In this document: positions 52,998-63,476 of the stretch, one piece after another
Numbering within the stretch: position 1 is the first letter of the stretch
Layout of the letters: each line of letters starts with the position of its first letter
Source: a bacterium
GTDB taxonomy: Bacteria > Patescibacteriota > Minisyncoccia > Phycocordibacterales > UBA918
Assembly: GCA_043728975.1 (NCBI GenBank)
Contig: JAYTMA010000167.1
Location: forward strand, 4,939 to 68,938
Direction of reading: 5' to 3'
Length of the DNA: 64,000 nucleotides
Translations under genes and position numbers: made by a program
Notes under the pieces: generated by a model
Told to the model about the DNA's origin: nothing
What the model saw: only the letters and a program-made list of their open reading frames with translations
Databases searched by the model: none

Positions 52998-55900
52998 TTA
53001 TCTGTACCCACGTTTAGATACTTCTCTAGGCTCTAATGAAATTCCCAAAAGCTTGTACTGTTCTCGGGCATTAATATGCTTGAAGCGAACGATTAAGAAT
53101 CTGCAACGAGACTTGTCTCTGGGAATTAAAGTAATAACTGGAACAGAGTTTCCTCCGCCTCCAAAGACTGAATCAAGCCATGGAAAGCTTGCCCAAAAAC
53201 CTGGGCCAGATAATGTGAAAGCTATTTCTTCGAAGTTTGCACTTCTGTCAGAAGAGTAGGCCACAGTTCCGCCGTAGATTGTCCCATGATCGAAAATGAG
53301 AGTGCCCTTATCAACTTGCTTAGTTGTTTCAGGAGCGCCGAAATGTTGTGGGGCCCATTCTACTTCTGTGGGAATGCCTTTGTAGATCTCAATGTCGCCT
53401 TGGTTTAACCATGGAACAAAGTTAACTGTTACAAGGTTTGAAGTGCTAGATACTTCTTTCACAAGTACTTCGTAAGTTAAAAGGCTTGTAACCTTCTTAT
53501 AAGTTTTGAGATTTGTCCCAGATGTTAATCCGTTAAGCTCGTCAATGAGTAGGTTGTAATCTGTTTTAAGACTTTCGATGTCGTTAGAACCAGAAGGAGT
53601 TGTGAAAGTTCCTAAGTTCGCATCGGCATTTAGCTTAGCTACTAGGTTCAAAATAGCATTTGCGAAGATTGTCCCAACTCCCACTTCAAGTGAAGCGCGG
53701 TAATTTGAATCTGCTGGGCCAGAGTCCTTATCGAGTTTAGATAAGAGCCTGTTGAATTTAGGAACTGTTACGTATTGAGTTTGTACAATTACATCCCCAA
53801 CTTCAACATCTAGGACAGAGCTTATTCTGAAGCTATTACCTTCAAAAGAGCCATCTTCAATTGTGCGAGTGAAGTTTCTATCAGCGTAGTCTTGTCTCTC
53901 TCCGTCTTTTCTTTCTTGTTCAACGTAAAGACGGTTTGTCCCACTTCCTAAATACAGTCTATCATCGCCTTGGTTTACAATTCCACAAGTGTTGGTTTTT
54001 AGCCATCTTGTCCAGGTGTTTGTAATAGTGTTGTATCGAAAGCATTGAGTGGCAGAGGTTGTGTCTGATTTTAATGTTGGAAGCCAAAGAAGGTAAGATC
54101 TATCAGACTCGTAAGCAACTCCGAAAGCGAGGGTAGAGAAAGCATATGAGAACGTACTAACTTTCTTAATCTGGTCTTCGATGTTACGAGATACAATAGA
54201 TACGCCAGTCTCAGAGATTGAAACAACTCCTTGAGTGGTTAAACAGTATATGAGGTTGTTTAAAACAACCGCTGAGTCAGGAGCTGTGAGAGTTGCGGAG
54301 TTATCAAGAAGCCTTACAGAGAAATCTGGAGCAGTTGCCCCAGTTACAATATATACCCCGTCTTGCTTGAGAACGAATAAGTTATCGCGAAGTGGGAGTA
54401 TTCTCAGAATTTGCTTATCTTTTGAGCCAACATCAATGTAGTTAACTGAGGGAACAGCTTCTGGTTGAGAAACCTTTGAGAAATAGATTCTATTAGGAGC
54501 CTCGTTGTTATCTGAAGCATTTGTAATTGGAAAAACACCAGTTCCGTTCCAATATGGAACTTCTGGCGTGAACTCAGCAACAAGAGATAAATCAGAAATA
54601 GCAACGTAGAAATCAACGTCTTGTAAGCTCTTTGCTTCGAGTACAATTTTTCCCGGCAAGTCATCAGTACCTGAAATATATTGAGCAAAAACCGGGGAAG
54701 AAGAGTCTTTGTTGATAACTCTTACAAGTGATCGAACTGTTAAATCAATACTTGTTGCAAGTGAAGAGCTTACTGAAAGTAGTGCTTTTCTAGTAGCAGC
54801 GTCTTCTCCAGAACCTTCTGCAAAAACTGATACTGCCCAAGCTCCTCCTGGCGAAACTCCAAAAGAAGGGTTTGTTACATTTCCAGAATCTGTGCAAGTT
54901 ATGCGAACTTTGTTTGTAGATTGGTTTACAGCTATGAAGTCTGTATTTAGTGCAAGAGCTTCTGTAATCGCAAGTCTTGTACCGTCAATAGTATTAGGGT
55001 ATAGATGGAGCGGGACTTTTATCCCATATTTACCGGCCATAACAGGGTCTGCATTTGTCCCAGTTTTATCAAACCATAAATAATAAGCTCTTTCATTATT
55101 GGCCGAGTTTAAGTAAATGGTGGAGCTTGCTACAGTATTAGTTGTTGTATCGACTGTAATATCGGTGATCTCTACATCTCCTACAAAAGTATAGGTATGG
55201 CTTGTTGAGCCTTGTTTGACGTAGAACTTTGTTGAGCCTGAAACGAAGTTATCAACCGAAAGCACTGAAAGGCTTAGTCGATGTACTTCTTTAGTATTTG
55301 AGTAGAATGTGGAGTTTCTGAAAAGGGCAATGTCTGTGCAAATTGGCGGAGTTTCATTTGCCTGAGAAATACCTTGGCCCGAGAATTGGTTAGTGCTTAA
55401 GTATGCTCCAGATTGTCTGAAAGTTTCTGGAGTATTGTCTTCTACTGTAATCTCTTTAGCGAGTATATCAGCAGCAGTGATAGGAGCTTCATAAACAAAT
55501 TGCTGCTCGTCTCCTGGATCAATGTCTGATAGAGTTTGCCCAATATCTTCTACTGTAATTGTCCCAGTTCTATAAATTTGGTAGAAGTAGTCTGTTGTAA
55601 GCGATGCTGGTAATGTGAATATAAGCTTAGCGAGAGAAGGTGTTCCAGTTGTTTTTGAGCCGTCGATAACTTTGGTTATGCGAACTTTAGTTGAGGCCAG
55701 AGAACCTTGAGAAGCATCTACGCATTCCCCAGTTACTGTGATTGTAACTTCGACTTCTGTAGTAGAGAGCTTAGTTGTAACTTCAGTAGGCAGTGCATTT
55801 TGAAGAGCATTTGCAAATAGTATTGCCGCCGTATCGTTGCTGGTAGCTGTTTTAATGTTAACTTCAATAGCAGTTCTATCGAGAGTGTTGGCATTAATTG

Positions 55901-56615
55901 GAACGGTTCCTGTGCCAGATTTGTTAAACCAAGCAAAGTAGCCTTCAGTAGGAGTGTCGAAAAGGAAGTAATCTCCGTCAACGATTGTGCTGTAGGTGAG
56001 AAAGTTAACCGTGAATATTTCAGACTGGACCGAGTCAGAAGCGGAGTTAGTGAGAACAGTGCGAGGAGAAGGGTAGCCGAGGATAAGATTTGAGTTAGCG
56101 TCTTTAGTGCCGTAAACAATTCTATAAGCTACCTTAGACTGGGCCGGAAGAAATCCAGCAGCGTCTGGTAAAAGCTTACCTTGTAAATCGAAAGCTTTAA
56201 TACCGCCAGCGTTTGTAATAAGAGCGGTAGCTAGAGAAGCTGCATCTTTAACCGAGATCTTCTTCACGCCGTCAGTAGTTGTGAAGTAGAAATTACCGTT
56301 AGCTTCAACAGCTTTAATTCTTAACCCAGCTTTTAACTCGTAATAACTTCCAGCAAAAGGTGTAAACACGCCAGCGCCATTGGAATCAAAAGCCATAGTC
56401 GAAGCATAATGTTCCAGTATTCTGTTTTTGTACGTGAATAGTTGTTTTGCCGCTGAAGTTGAAGCTGCTGTAGAGTACTCTTTAAAGCCTCTGCGAGATT
56501 GAATTAAGTTATCAAAGTCTATTATACAGTTGTCAGCAACAGTTAATGCACCGTCAGGGCGATTAATCTCTGATGAGCTTGTGACTAGACCTTTACTTAC
56601 GTTAAGAGTGGCCAT
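52998..56615 (-). CDS. large tail fibre / baseplate-like structural protein (1205 aa)
   Basis: T/S/V/N-rich, beta-rich composition. Largest ORF in the window. Confidence 0.55.
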   Translation of the reverse strand: MATLNVSKGLVTSSSEINRPDGALTVADNCIIDFDNLIQSRRGFKEYSTAASTSAAKQLFTYKNRILEHYASTMAFDSNGAGVFTPFAGSYYELKAGLRIKAVEANGNFYFTTTDGVKKISVKDAASLATALITNAGGIKAFDLQGKLLPDAAGFLPAQSKVAYRIVYGTKDANSNLILGYPSPRTVLTNSASDSVQSEIFTVNFLTYSTIVDGDYFLFDTPTEGYFAWFNKSGTGTVPINANTLDRTAIEVNIKTATSNDTAAILFANALQNALPTEVTTKLSTTEVEVTITVTGECVDASQGSLASTKVRITKVIDGSKTTGTPSLAKLIFTLPASLTTDYFYQIYRTGTITVEDIGQTLSDIDPGDEQQFVYEAPITAADILAKEITVEDNTPETFRQSGAYLSTNQFSGQGISQANETPPICTDIALFRNSTFYSNTKEVHRLSLSVLSVDNFVSGSTKFYVKQGSTSHTYTFVGDVEITDITVDTTTNTVASSTIYLNSANNERAYYLWFDKTGTNADPVMAGKYGIKVPLHLYPNTIDGTRLAITEALALNTDFIAVNQSTNKVRITCTDSGNVTNPSFGVSPGGAWAVSVFAEGSGEDAATRKALLSVSSSLATSIDLTVRSLVRVINKDSSSPVFAQYISGTDDLPGKIVLEAKSLQDVDFYVAISDLSLVAEFTPEVPYWNGTGVFPITNASDNNEAPNRIYFSKVSQPEAVPSVNYIDVGSKDKQILRILPLRDNLFVLKQDGVYIVTGATAPDFSVRLLDNSATLTAPDSAVVLNNLIYCLTTQGVVSISETGVSIVSRNIEDQIKKVSTFSYAFSTLAFGVAYESDRSYLLWLPTLKSDTTSATQCFRYNTITNTWTRWLKTNTCGIVNQGDDRLYLGSGTNRLYVEQERKDGERQDYADRNFTRTIEDGSFEGNSFRISSVLDVEVGDVIVQTQYVTVPKFNRLLSKLDKDSGPADSNYRASLEVGVGTIFANAILNLVAKLNADANLGTFTTPSGSNDIESLKTDYNLLIDELNGLTSGTNLKTYKKVTSLLTYEVLVKEVSSTSNLVTVNFVPWLNQGDIEIYKGIPTEVEWAPQHFGAPETTKQVDKGTLIFDHGTIYGGTVAYSSDRSANFEEIAFTLSGPGFWASFPWLDSVFGGGGNSVPVITLIPRDKSRCRFLIVRFKHINAREQYKLLGISLEPREVSKRGYR

Positions 56616-56621
56616 GTATTA

Positions 56622-57587
56622 TTACCAAATCTTTTTGCCAGAGTTTAATGTTCCGAATCTGTTCTTTATCTTCTTTGGAGAGCCTTCAATGCGGTTTGAA
56701 ATGATACTAATTGCACTTTTTTCCATTTGTGCCAGTTTTCTTTCTGCGCTTTGTTTGTTCTGCTCATCGCCCATTGCCTCAAGGCAAGCAATTGCAACTT
56801 TTTGGGCAATAATTGGATGAAGTTCTGTGGGAATGTTTGGGACAATTGATTCTTCAGCTTTGGTTATGTAATCGCCAACTTTAAGATTTTTAGCTAAAGC
56901 TTTCGGGAATGAAATGGTTTTAAGAGTGGTGTTGGTTATGTTTGGTGTAAGGTTAAAATGACTTAGCTTATTAGGAGATTCTGATAGAATTGAATCATAC
57001 ATAATCGCCGAGCTAAAATGGGCCGGCATTGTTGAAACAGTTGCTACAACTACTTCGATTGTTTCACCAAGAGAATTTAGCTCTGTATTAGTTGAAATTT
57101 GAGTAACAACGCCAGCTCTTGCGTTTTGGACCAGTTTGTTTGGACGCATGTAAAACCACATACGAAGTGAGTATTCTGGCTTGATAATGTCTTCATGGAG
57201 AACAATGCAATCGTTTTCCATGTAGAAGTTCGTTCGTTTTTGATAAGAAGAGTAGTTATTAAGCTCAATTCTCTCTTCAAGTGATATTTGAGATAGTTCA
57301 TAAATAGATTGCCCATCTTTATCTACAATATGAGCATCTCTAAGTTTATTGCCGTGAGCGCGGCTAGGAATTGAATATAAGAGAGTATCTTCAACTAATG
57401 GGACATCCTGGAAATACACAAGGTAATCTCCACGAGCATTAATGAGCTTTTCCATTATGCCAAGGTTAATCTCCTCAGTAGCCATTTCTAGAAAGTCATC
57501 ATTCGAGAACGTCTCTTGGGAGCGAGGTATAAATCCTCTTCTCTTGATCGAAGCTATAAGTTTGTCCGAAGTTAGTATGCTGCTCAT
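56622..57587 (-). CDS. virion structural protein (321 aa)
   Basis: Track ORF. Confidence 0.5.
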   Translation of the reverse strand: MSSILTSDKLIASIKRRGFIPRSQETFSNDDFLEMATEEINLGIMEKLINARGDYLVYFQDVPLVEDTLLYSIPSRAHGNKLRDAHIVDKDGQSIYELSQISLEERIELNNYSSYQKRTNFYMENDCIVLHEDIIKPEYSLRMWFYMRPNKLVQNARAGVVTQISTNTELNSLGETIEVVVATVSTMPAHFSSAIMYDSILSESPNKLSHFNLTPNITNTTLKTISFPKALAKNLKVGDYITKAEESIVPNIPTELHPIIAQKVAIACLEAMGDEQNKQSAERKLAQMEKSAISIISNRIEGSPKKIKNRFGTLNSGKKIW

Positions 57588-57602
57588 TTAGGATTGCCCT
57601 TT

Positions 57603-57917
57603 TTATTCTTCGTCAGACTCTTCTTCACAAGCTTCACAGCCCTCGTCTTCACAAGCGGGGCAAGAATACTCTTCATCTTCTTCTTCGCCCTCTTCTTCCT
57701 CTTCAGCGTCTAAGCCGAACTTTTCGCCTAGCTTGAGCTTTAGAAGTTCTTGAGCTTTAGAAAGCTTCTTTGGAGCTTCTTCTTCTTTAGAGGGGAGTTT
57801 CGAGAGCTTCTTTTTCTTTAATGCTTCCCCTATAGTCGGTTCGTGCATTTCAGAGCTTTTACCTTTCGATAATTTCTTGAGCATCTCTAGTCTTGCTTCT
57901 TTCATTTTTGAGTTCAT
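57603..57917 (-). CDS. highly acidic CxxC-motif protein (104 aa)
   Basis: C-terminal EEEEEGEEEDEEYSCPACEDEGCEACEEESDEE. Confidence 0.5.
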   Translation of the reverse strand: MNSKMKEARLEMLKKLSKGKSSEMHEPTIGEALKKKKLSKLPSKEEEAPKKLSKAQELLKLKLGEKFGLDAEEEEEGEEEDEEYSCPACEDEGCEACEEESDEE

Positions 57918-58007
57918 GTGATTGTTTCTCCTGATACTAATGGTGATTTGAGGGGGTAAAACAGGTGCTGAAAGGGTAAAATACTTGTATTAATCTAAGT
58001 GCTTGAT

Positions 58008-58409
58008 TTAAGGCTTGAACACTCTATTGCCTGAAGCTGGCTTAGCATATTGCAAATGGGCCCAGCCCTTCGTATAAGCAGGGTCTTCCATGTATAGACC
58101 ATGTTGCTCGAGTAAATCCAAATGGGCCAAACACCATTCAGCGAACTTCCCGTCAGTGTCCTTGAAATCAACAGCTAAGCACATGAGGTGATTGGACTTC
58201 TTAGCGCCTCTGGCTGCGGCGTTATCCGCAGGACTTCTATACCCGCTAGTGATGATCAAGCCTTTACCATAAGCCTCTCTAATAGGGTTTATGGCCTTCA
58301 GGAGCTTGATTAAGTTAGCCTCCATCTCTTCTGTAAGGGGGTAGTAAACTTCCCTGCCTTTTAAGTACTCAGCTCGGGAGAAATATCGGTGAATGTCGTT
58401 ATTATTCAT
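58008..58409 (-). CDS. peptidase M15 (VanY / L-Ala-D-Glu peptidase-type) endolysin (133 aa)
   Basis: SGYRSPADNAAARGAKKSNHLMCLAVDF, plus a downstream His in WAHLQY (H-D-H zinc triad). Confidence 0.75.
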   Translation of the reverse strand: MNNNDIHRYFSRAEYLKGREVYYPLTEEMEANLIKLLKAINPIREAYGKGLIITSGYRSPADNAAARGAKKSNHLMCLAVDFKDTDGKFAEWCLAHLDLLEQHGLYMEDPAYTKGWAHLQYAKPASGNRVFKP

Positions 58410-58900
58410 AAGCTTTGGCCCAGTATTATATCAATGTCTTTGGGAGTGAGATTGTTTAAGTCTTTGTCTATTTTGTAGCCATTTCTAACAAGAATTTTCC
58501 CAATCAGCTCAGAGCAGTTAACACCTGTATTAAAAGGGTTAGTTTTAAGCTTGAGTACGTCTGCTATAAGAACTCCCGCGTTCTGCCAAAAGCCGTAAGA
58601 GTCGGAAGCGTTATCCACACAAAACTGGAGCATTTCTATGTAGCTCGCTTCGCTTATTTGAATTGTATAGGCCTTGATTTCCCGAGCATGACTTTGCCAT
58701 CGTTTTTCGCCAATGAACCTCACACCGCTTCCAACAGATTCGTATTTGATATTTCGATCAATTGTAGCTGAGCGGAAGCCGAGATAAGTGTGGCTATAAG
58801 GAGTTTTCATATAGGCTCTTAATAGCCAGCTACCTATTGCAAACTTCTTTTTGGATTTTGAAAAGCCTATGGTGATTGTTTTCATTGAATGTAAGGTCAT
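58406..58900 (-). CDS. hypothetical protein, possible cell-wall hydrolase accessory domain (164 aa)
   Basis: ATGA-coupled to the endolysin. Confidence 0.45.
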   Translation of the reverse strand: MTLHSMKTITIGFSKSKKKFAIGSWLLRAYMKTPYSHTYLGFRSATIDRNIKYESVGSGVRFIGEKRWQSHAREIKAYTIQISEASYIEMLQFCVDNASDSYGFWQNAGVLIADVLKLKTNPFNTGVNCSELIGKILVRNGYKIDKDLNNLTPKDIDIILGQSL

Positions 58901-58904
58901 AAAT

Positions 58905-59651
58905 TTATGCCTTGTAATACTCTAAGAGGAATAGGATTTTATGTTGTGTGCCTGGGCTGTGTCGTATAATAAGCTGTATTTGATTGGCATTATAAGGACA
59001 CCCATCGATAGTTTTTCGCATGTACTTTGCTGTTCTGCCGTCGGTCTTTAATTCTTCGTCCGCTCCAATAAATTTTAGATTTATACCTCCTACAAATTCC
59101 CTAGTGTATAATTCTCCGAGTTCAAGAACTCCTCCAATTACCCATAAATTAATATCCGAAAGAGGGGTTTCTATTTGTCTAACCGACCCAGCTACTAACT
59201 CATAGTCATATGATGGTTTGAATGTCATTACAGTCTTAACAATGTAAATTTCGTTTGCTTCGTTTGTAATTTCAGTATTGTTAGCATCGTAAAATTTAAC
59301 AGTGGCATTGTTACGATCAATGTTTTGATGGTTTTTATTTATTAATGAATTTAGTTTTGAGGTTTGAATCTCAAAAGGATGGGCAAGATAAGACCATCCA
59401 GATCTAGCTGTTGCGTTTCTGTAAATTTGTCTACCTTGATCGTCAATGTCAGCAGGAATTGTGACGGCCTTATTTGCAGAGGATTTATAGTTTGCTTCGA
59501 AATCAATTTGGTCAGCTTCGCCATCTTTAGCAATTGTAGTCTCGAAAAAGTCGTAACTTAACCTGTAATAGTAATCATACTCAGAACACCTGATCATTGT
59601 TTTTGAAGATGCTTTCAGTTTAAAGTCTGTCCATTTCAAATGTATGTTCAT
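58905..59651 (-). CDS. virion structural protein (248 aa)
   Basis: Track ORF. Confidence 0.5.
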   Translation of the reverse strand: MNIHLKWTDFKLKASSKTMIRCSEYDYYYRLSYDFFETTIAKDGEADQIDFEANYKSSANKAVTIPADIDDQGRQIYRNATARSGWSYLAHPFEIQTSKLNSLINKNHQNIDRNNATVKFYDANNTEITNEANEIYIVKTVMTFKPSYDYELVAGSVRQIETPLSDINLWVIGGVLELGELYTREFVGGINLKFIGADEELKTDGRTAKYMRKTIDGCPYNANQIQLIIRHSPGTQHKILFLLEYYKA

Positions 59652-59657
59652 AAAGTC

Positions 59658-60269
59658 CTATGATATAATTGTAGAGAATGTAGCTATACCAGAGGTAGTT
59701 GCTTTTATGTACACAGCAAACCTTTGAGCAACTAGCACTCCTGACAGATTTATAGAGCTTGAACCTGCTAGAGTATTGACATAAATATCTGGACTAGTAG
59801 GAATAGAAAAAGAAACAGGAGGTGCAGCATAGGTAACATCAAAAGTAAGTGTAGTAGTTTCTCCAATGAATACTTCCGACCCTGGTTTGGTTGAGGCATA
59901 AACTCTGTATGCAACAGCATCAATTATTGCTACCCAAGAAACAGCTATTTTACTTGTAGAACTTGAACCAGTTTTTTTTGATTGGACGGAAGTTGGAGCA
60001 GACTCCACGCCATTTACATCTACAGTGGTAACACGTACATATATTACTGTATCTCTAGGAATAGTCCCTCCACTAGACACAGCAGAAAGGGAGATACTAG
60101 CTAATCTCGTAAGACTATTTATCTCTTTATCAAGGTATATTTCCCATTCAATAACTTCGCTTGATGACAATATTAAGCTTGCTAATGTGCCGGAAAATGC
60201 TATGACTGAATTTAATACTTCGTTATATCCTGAAATAATAGGTACTTTAACACTTAAACTGTTAGCCAT
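59658..60269 (-). CDS. FN3/Ig-like domain structural protein (203 aa)
   Basis: KIAVSWVAIIDAVAYRVYAST is an FN3-like strand pattern. Confidence 0.45.
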   Translation of the reverse strand: MANSLSVKVPIISGYNEVLNSVIAFSGTLASLILSSSEVIEWEIYLDKEINSLTRLASISLSAVSSGGTIPRDTVIYVRVTTVDVNGVESAPTSVQSKKTGSSSTSKIAVSWVAIIDAVAYRVYASTKPGSEVFIGETTTLTFDVTYAAPPVSFSIPTSPDIYVNTLAGSSSINLSGVLVAQRFAVYIKATTSGIATFSTIIS

Positions 60270-60276
60270 AATTCTT

Positions 60277-61446
60277 TTACTCCAAACTTGTGATTAATGT
60301 AATATCCACTCTTGCCCCAGTAGTTACTGCTGTGTTAGCACTTGTTCCTATAACTATCTCTTCCCCTGCCGAAAAAATGAAAGGATCACGAAAAAATTCG
60401 GTTTCAAATTTATTCACAACAGATGAGGAACAAGTGAATAAGTGAATGTTTCCAACTATATTAAATGCCCCTGTGACAGGAGTGTTACTGACGCTTGTAA
60501 TGTCTTGCAAACCGACATCAATGTTGGTTATTTCTACATTGTCTGGTTTTGTAATTCGATTATCTGCTATTGTGTTTCCACTACCTGAAAGAGCCAGTTC
60601 TACCTGCCCCCCTAAAGCTACGGCTGGAGTTACGGTTACATACTTTGTTTCTCCATAAATGTTTTTATAAATAACATCTAAAGGAGTGGCAGCAGTAATT
60701 GCGCTTAGAGTGTCTACCATAATTGCAGAGGGTGCTAGATTGGCAGCATAAGCATCTCCATTAACACTACCGCTAGTGGTGTTTCCTGCAGGAGCAGTTA
60801 TAGGGTTTAAGTTAGCATCTGCTTTAATATCAACGAAGCTTGTTAGTTCTGTTTCACCTGCAAGGGTTTGTGTATTAGAAGCTCCGTTAGCTGTGGTCCT
60901 GAAGATGCGATAGTATAAAGCCCCTGTAACAGCGGTCCAACTGAGAGATACGGAGTTCAAAGTTCCTGTTAGCGTCACGGAAGCTTCTGTTCCGGTAACT
61001 GCGCCAATTGCGTTGTAGGCTGCTATTTTATATCTATAAATGGAAAGCGGAGTTAATCCTGACGTTGCAATAGTTTTAGCAGTTAAAGTAGGAGCTACAG
61101 GAATTGCCAAAGCCGTAGCAGAAAATTTCCAAAGCACAGTCCTTTTATAAAGATGTAGGTAAGTAGACGATGCTGATGTTTTGCATATTACACCTCGTAC
61201 TTTAAGTGTTTTACCTACTGGGACAATATAATTTAAAAGAGGCTTAATCGCAGGATAGGCAGGTGCTGTGGAAATAGCTCCAAAATCAATGTTGAAAAGC
61301 TGTGATGTACCGATAGTTTGAACAGTGGAAACTGTATTAAAACTGCCGTCAGCATTAACTTTTGCCCTGCTTTGTGAAATAGGATCAACTATAACTACAG
61401 TCGTGTTGTCGTTTTCGTCAGTCCTGTTTGAATCATTTAGAGGCAT
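60277..61446 (-). CDS. structural protein with two FN3-like domains (389 aa)
   Basis: LSIYRYKIAAYNAIGAVTG and SVSLSWTAVTGALYYRIFRT. Confidence 0.5.
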   Translation of the reverse strand: MPLNDSNRTDENDNTTVVIVDPISQSRAKVNADGSFNTVSTVQTIGTSQLFNIDFGAISTAPAYPAIKPLLNYIVPVGKTLKVRGVICKTSASSTYLHLYKRTVLWKFSATALAIPVAPTLTAKTIATSGLTPLSIYRYKIAAYNAIGAVTGTEASVTLTGTLNSVSLSWTAVTGALYYRIFRTTANGASNTQTLAGETELTSFVDIKADANLNPITAPAGNTTSGSVNGDAYAANLAPSAIMVDTLSAITAATPLDVIYKNIYGETKYVTVTPAVALGGQVELALSGSGNTIADNRITKPDNVEITNIDVGLQDITSVSNTPVTGAFNIVGNIHLFTCSSSVVNKFETEFFRDPFIFSAGEEIVIGTSANTAVTTGARVDITLITSLE

Positions 61447-61642
61447 TTTTCTTCGCCTTTGGTGTAACAGGGGCTGGCGTTTCTTCCAGCTCCCGCTTAA
61501 TCTTTTCTTCTAAGCTTTTAAGTAAAATGAAAGCGGTATGAATTTCGATGATTGCATTACCATCAAGTCCGTCCCACTTTGCTTTGGAAAGCGCGGCGAA
61601 TATCTTTTCGACTGTTGTTAAATCTCTATTATCAAAGCTCAT
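61433..61642 (-). CDS. small coiled-coil protein (69 aa)
   Basis: Track ORF overlapping its neighbours. Confidence 0.4.
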   Translation of the reverse strand: MSFDNRDLTTVEKIFAALSKAKWDGLDGNAIIEIHTAFILLKSLEEKIKRELEETPAPVTPKAKKNASK

Positions 61643-61659
61643 ATATTCCCATTCTGTTG

Positions 61660-62484
61660 TTAAGCTATTTCAACAATTCGTACATCTTGTGTACCAGATT
61701 CTGAAATTGCAAATATTGGTAAGTCTTTTCCGAAAGGCATTTCTAAAAAAGCACCTACCGAAACTCTTAATCCGTTAGCTACAGTTACCGAACCTGAAAA
61801 CCCAATGAAGATGGATTTTGTACCTAAGTTCTGGATCATTATGTTAACTCGACCTGCGAGAGGAGTTGCTACAAGTTGCGAGGCAGTGGCGGTTACAGAG
61901 GCTGCAGTTACCTTAGAGCCAACGTTAGGCGCAGTATTTACATAAACTCTTCTGTACATGTCTGAGATAACATTTGCTTTGTTACCAGAAGCAGAAACTG
62001 CTGAAAGAGCACCATCAAGAGCCCGAGAGCCCATTTTTAAAGGGTTCTCTGAGTCAACAGCATTGTCGGCAATGTCTGATTCAAGTCTAATGTCTGCTAC
62101 AACTTCCAATCTTCCTGCATTGAATGTAAACTGATCTGTCTTAGTTTTAATTCCTGCTAGAGTTGCTTGAGTTGCGTAATCTTTTCCATCCAATGATGTC
62201 AAAAGCGTAATTTGAGAAGCTTGATTGGCCGCAGTTGCAACTTTTCCATCAATTGAAGTTAGCTTAGTGATCTGAGTATCAAGCTTTGTGTTTGTTGAAA
62301 CAATATCGGCATCAATAGTCGCTAAAGCTGCAATAGTTGCGGCATCTTTTACATCTAACTCTTGCTTAGCACCGTTCGTAGTTGAAGTGATCTTAACGCC
62401 GCTTGAGCCTAAGATGTGTGCCCCAACTTGATCGCTACCCGCAATGTCAGTTTCTGAAAAAACTAATTTGTCTTTACTTAACAT
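61660..62484 (-). CDS. structural protein with internal repeats and beta-rich C-terminus (274 aa)
   Basis: Repeats KLTSIDGKVATAANQASQI and LLTSLDGKDYATQATLAGI. Confidence 0.5.
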   Translation of the reverse strand: MLSKDKLVFSETDIAGSDQVGAHILGSSGVKITSTTNGAKQELDVKDAATIAALATIDADIVSTNTKLDTQITKLTSIDGKVATAANQASQITLLTSLDGKDYATQATLAGIKTKTDQFTFNAGRLEVVADIRLESDIADNAVDSENPLKMGSRALDGALSAVSASGNKANVISDMYRRVYVNTAPNVGSKVTAASVTATASQLVATPLAGRVNIMIQNLGTKSIFIGFSGSVTVANGLRVSVGAFLEMPFGKDLPIFAISESGTQDVRIVEIA

Positions 62485-62498
62485 TTACCATCCCCCTG

Positions 62499-63464
62499 TT
62501 ATGACCAAGACATTAACTCTATTGTTAAGTCTGGTGTGCTTGAACTAACGTATATGATTCTTGATGTTCCATTTCTTTCTAACGAGTCTTCCGAGTATGT
62601 AACTCCCATTCCTACGGTTAAGTAGTTCGTGGAAGTTTCGCCAGCATTCCAAGACAACTGGAGCTTGCCTTTTGAATCTCTTACTCGAAGTGTGAACTTG
62701 AGCGTGTTTATTGGAAGAGTTATCGAGTATTCCTGATTAGCTATTGCCATTGGAATGTTCTGAATGCTTGCTACGTTTGCAGCAGCTTCTGATACAGTTA
62801 TTTCAGCGTTACTTCTTTCGAACTTGCCAGAGAAAATGTTGAAGTACATTCCCTTGAGAACTTGCCCTTGGTATAAAGGACTTCCGTTGTCGTACTCGAT
62901 TGCAATTGAATTAGTTTCAACTTGAGTACCTGGAGTGTTGGCGATTACAAATCCAGTGTTTGTCGTAGAAGCGTCAACTAAGCCAAATCCAACAGTGTTA
63001 ATTTGAACAACGGCTGAAGCTCTTTGTGAGAAGAACTTACTGGCCCAGTTTTGTTTTATGAGCTGGTGGATTACTAGAGCAACTACCGAAGCCGCATCGT
63101 TCTCTTGAATGTCGGCAGCAAGTCCAATAGCGTTTGGTAAAGCTGGGTCTGTGCCAATTCCGTCAACTCTGAACCAAATGTAATGCTTCTTATTATCTGG
63201 AGCAGAACTGAAGGCAATATACTTGCCCGCGAGAGAAAAGTTAACGTCTGGCTTAACTCCAATTTCTGTTTTCTGAGGAGATACTCCGCGAAAGTAAGTT
63301 ACGCTAAGAGGGTTATTTAACCCGTCGTAAGTCGCTCTAAAATGCGTGAAGTACTTATCCGCAACTGAATTAGTATCAGTTGTTCTGATGCTCTGACCGT
63401 GGAAGTCGTGAACTTCTTTTACGATTAGACCTGGATCGTACTGGCTGTTTTTGTTGTTAGACAT
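62499..63464 (-). CDS. virion structural protein (321 aa)
   Basis: Track ORF. Confidence 0.5.
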   Translation of the reverse strand: MSNNKNSQYDPGLIVKEVHDFHGQSIRTTDTNSVADKYFTHFRATYDGLNNPLSVTYFRGVSPQKTEIGVKPDVNFSLAGKYIAFSSAPDNKKHYIWFRVDGIGTDPALPNAIGLAADIQENDAASVVALVIHQLIKQNWASKFFSQRASAVVQINTVGFGLVDASTTNTGFVIANTPGTQVETNSIAIEYDNGSPLYQGQVLKGMYFNIFSGKFERSNAEITVSEAAANVASIQNIPMAIANQEYSITLPINTLKFTLRVRDSKGKLQLSWNAGETSTNYLTVGMGVTYSEDSLERNGTSRIIYVSSSTPDLTIELMSWS

Positions 63465-63476
63465 GAGGTCTTTTTA

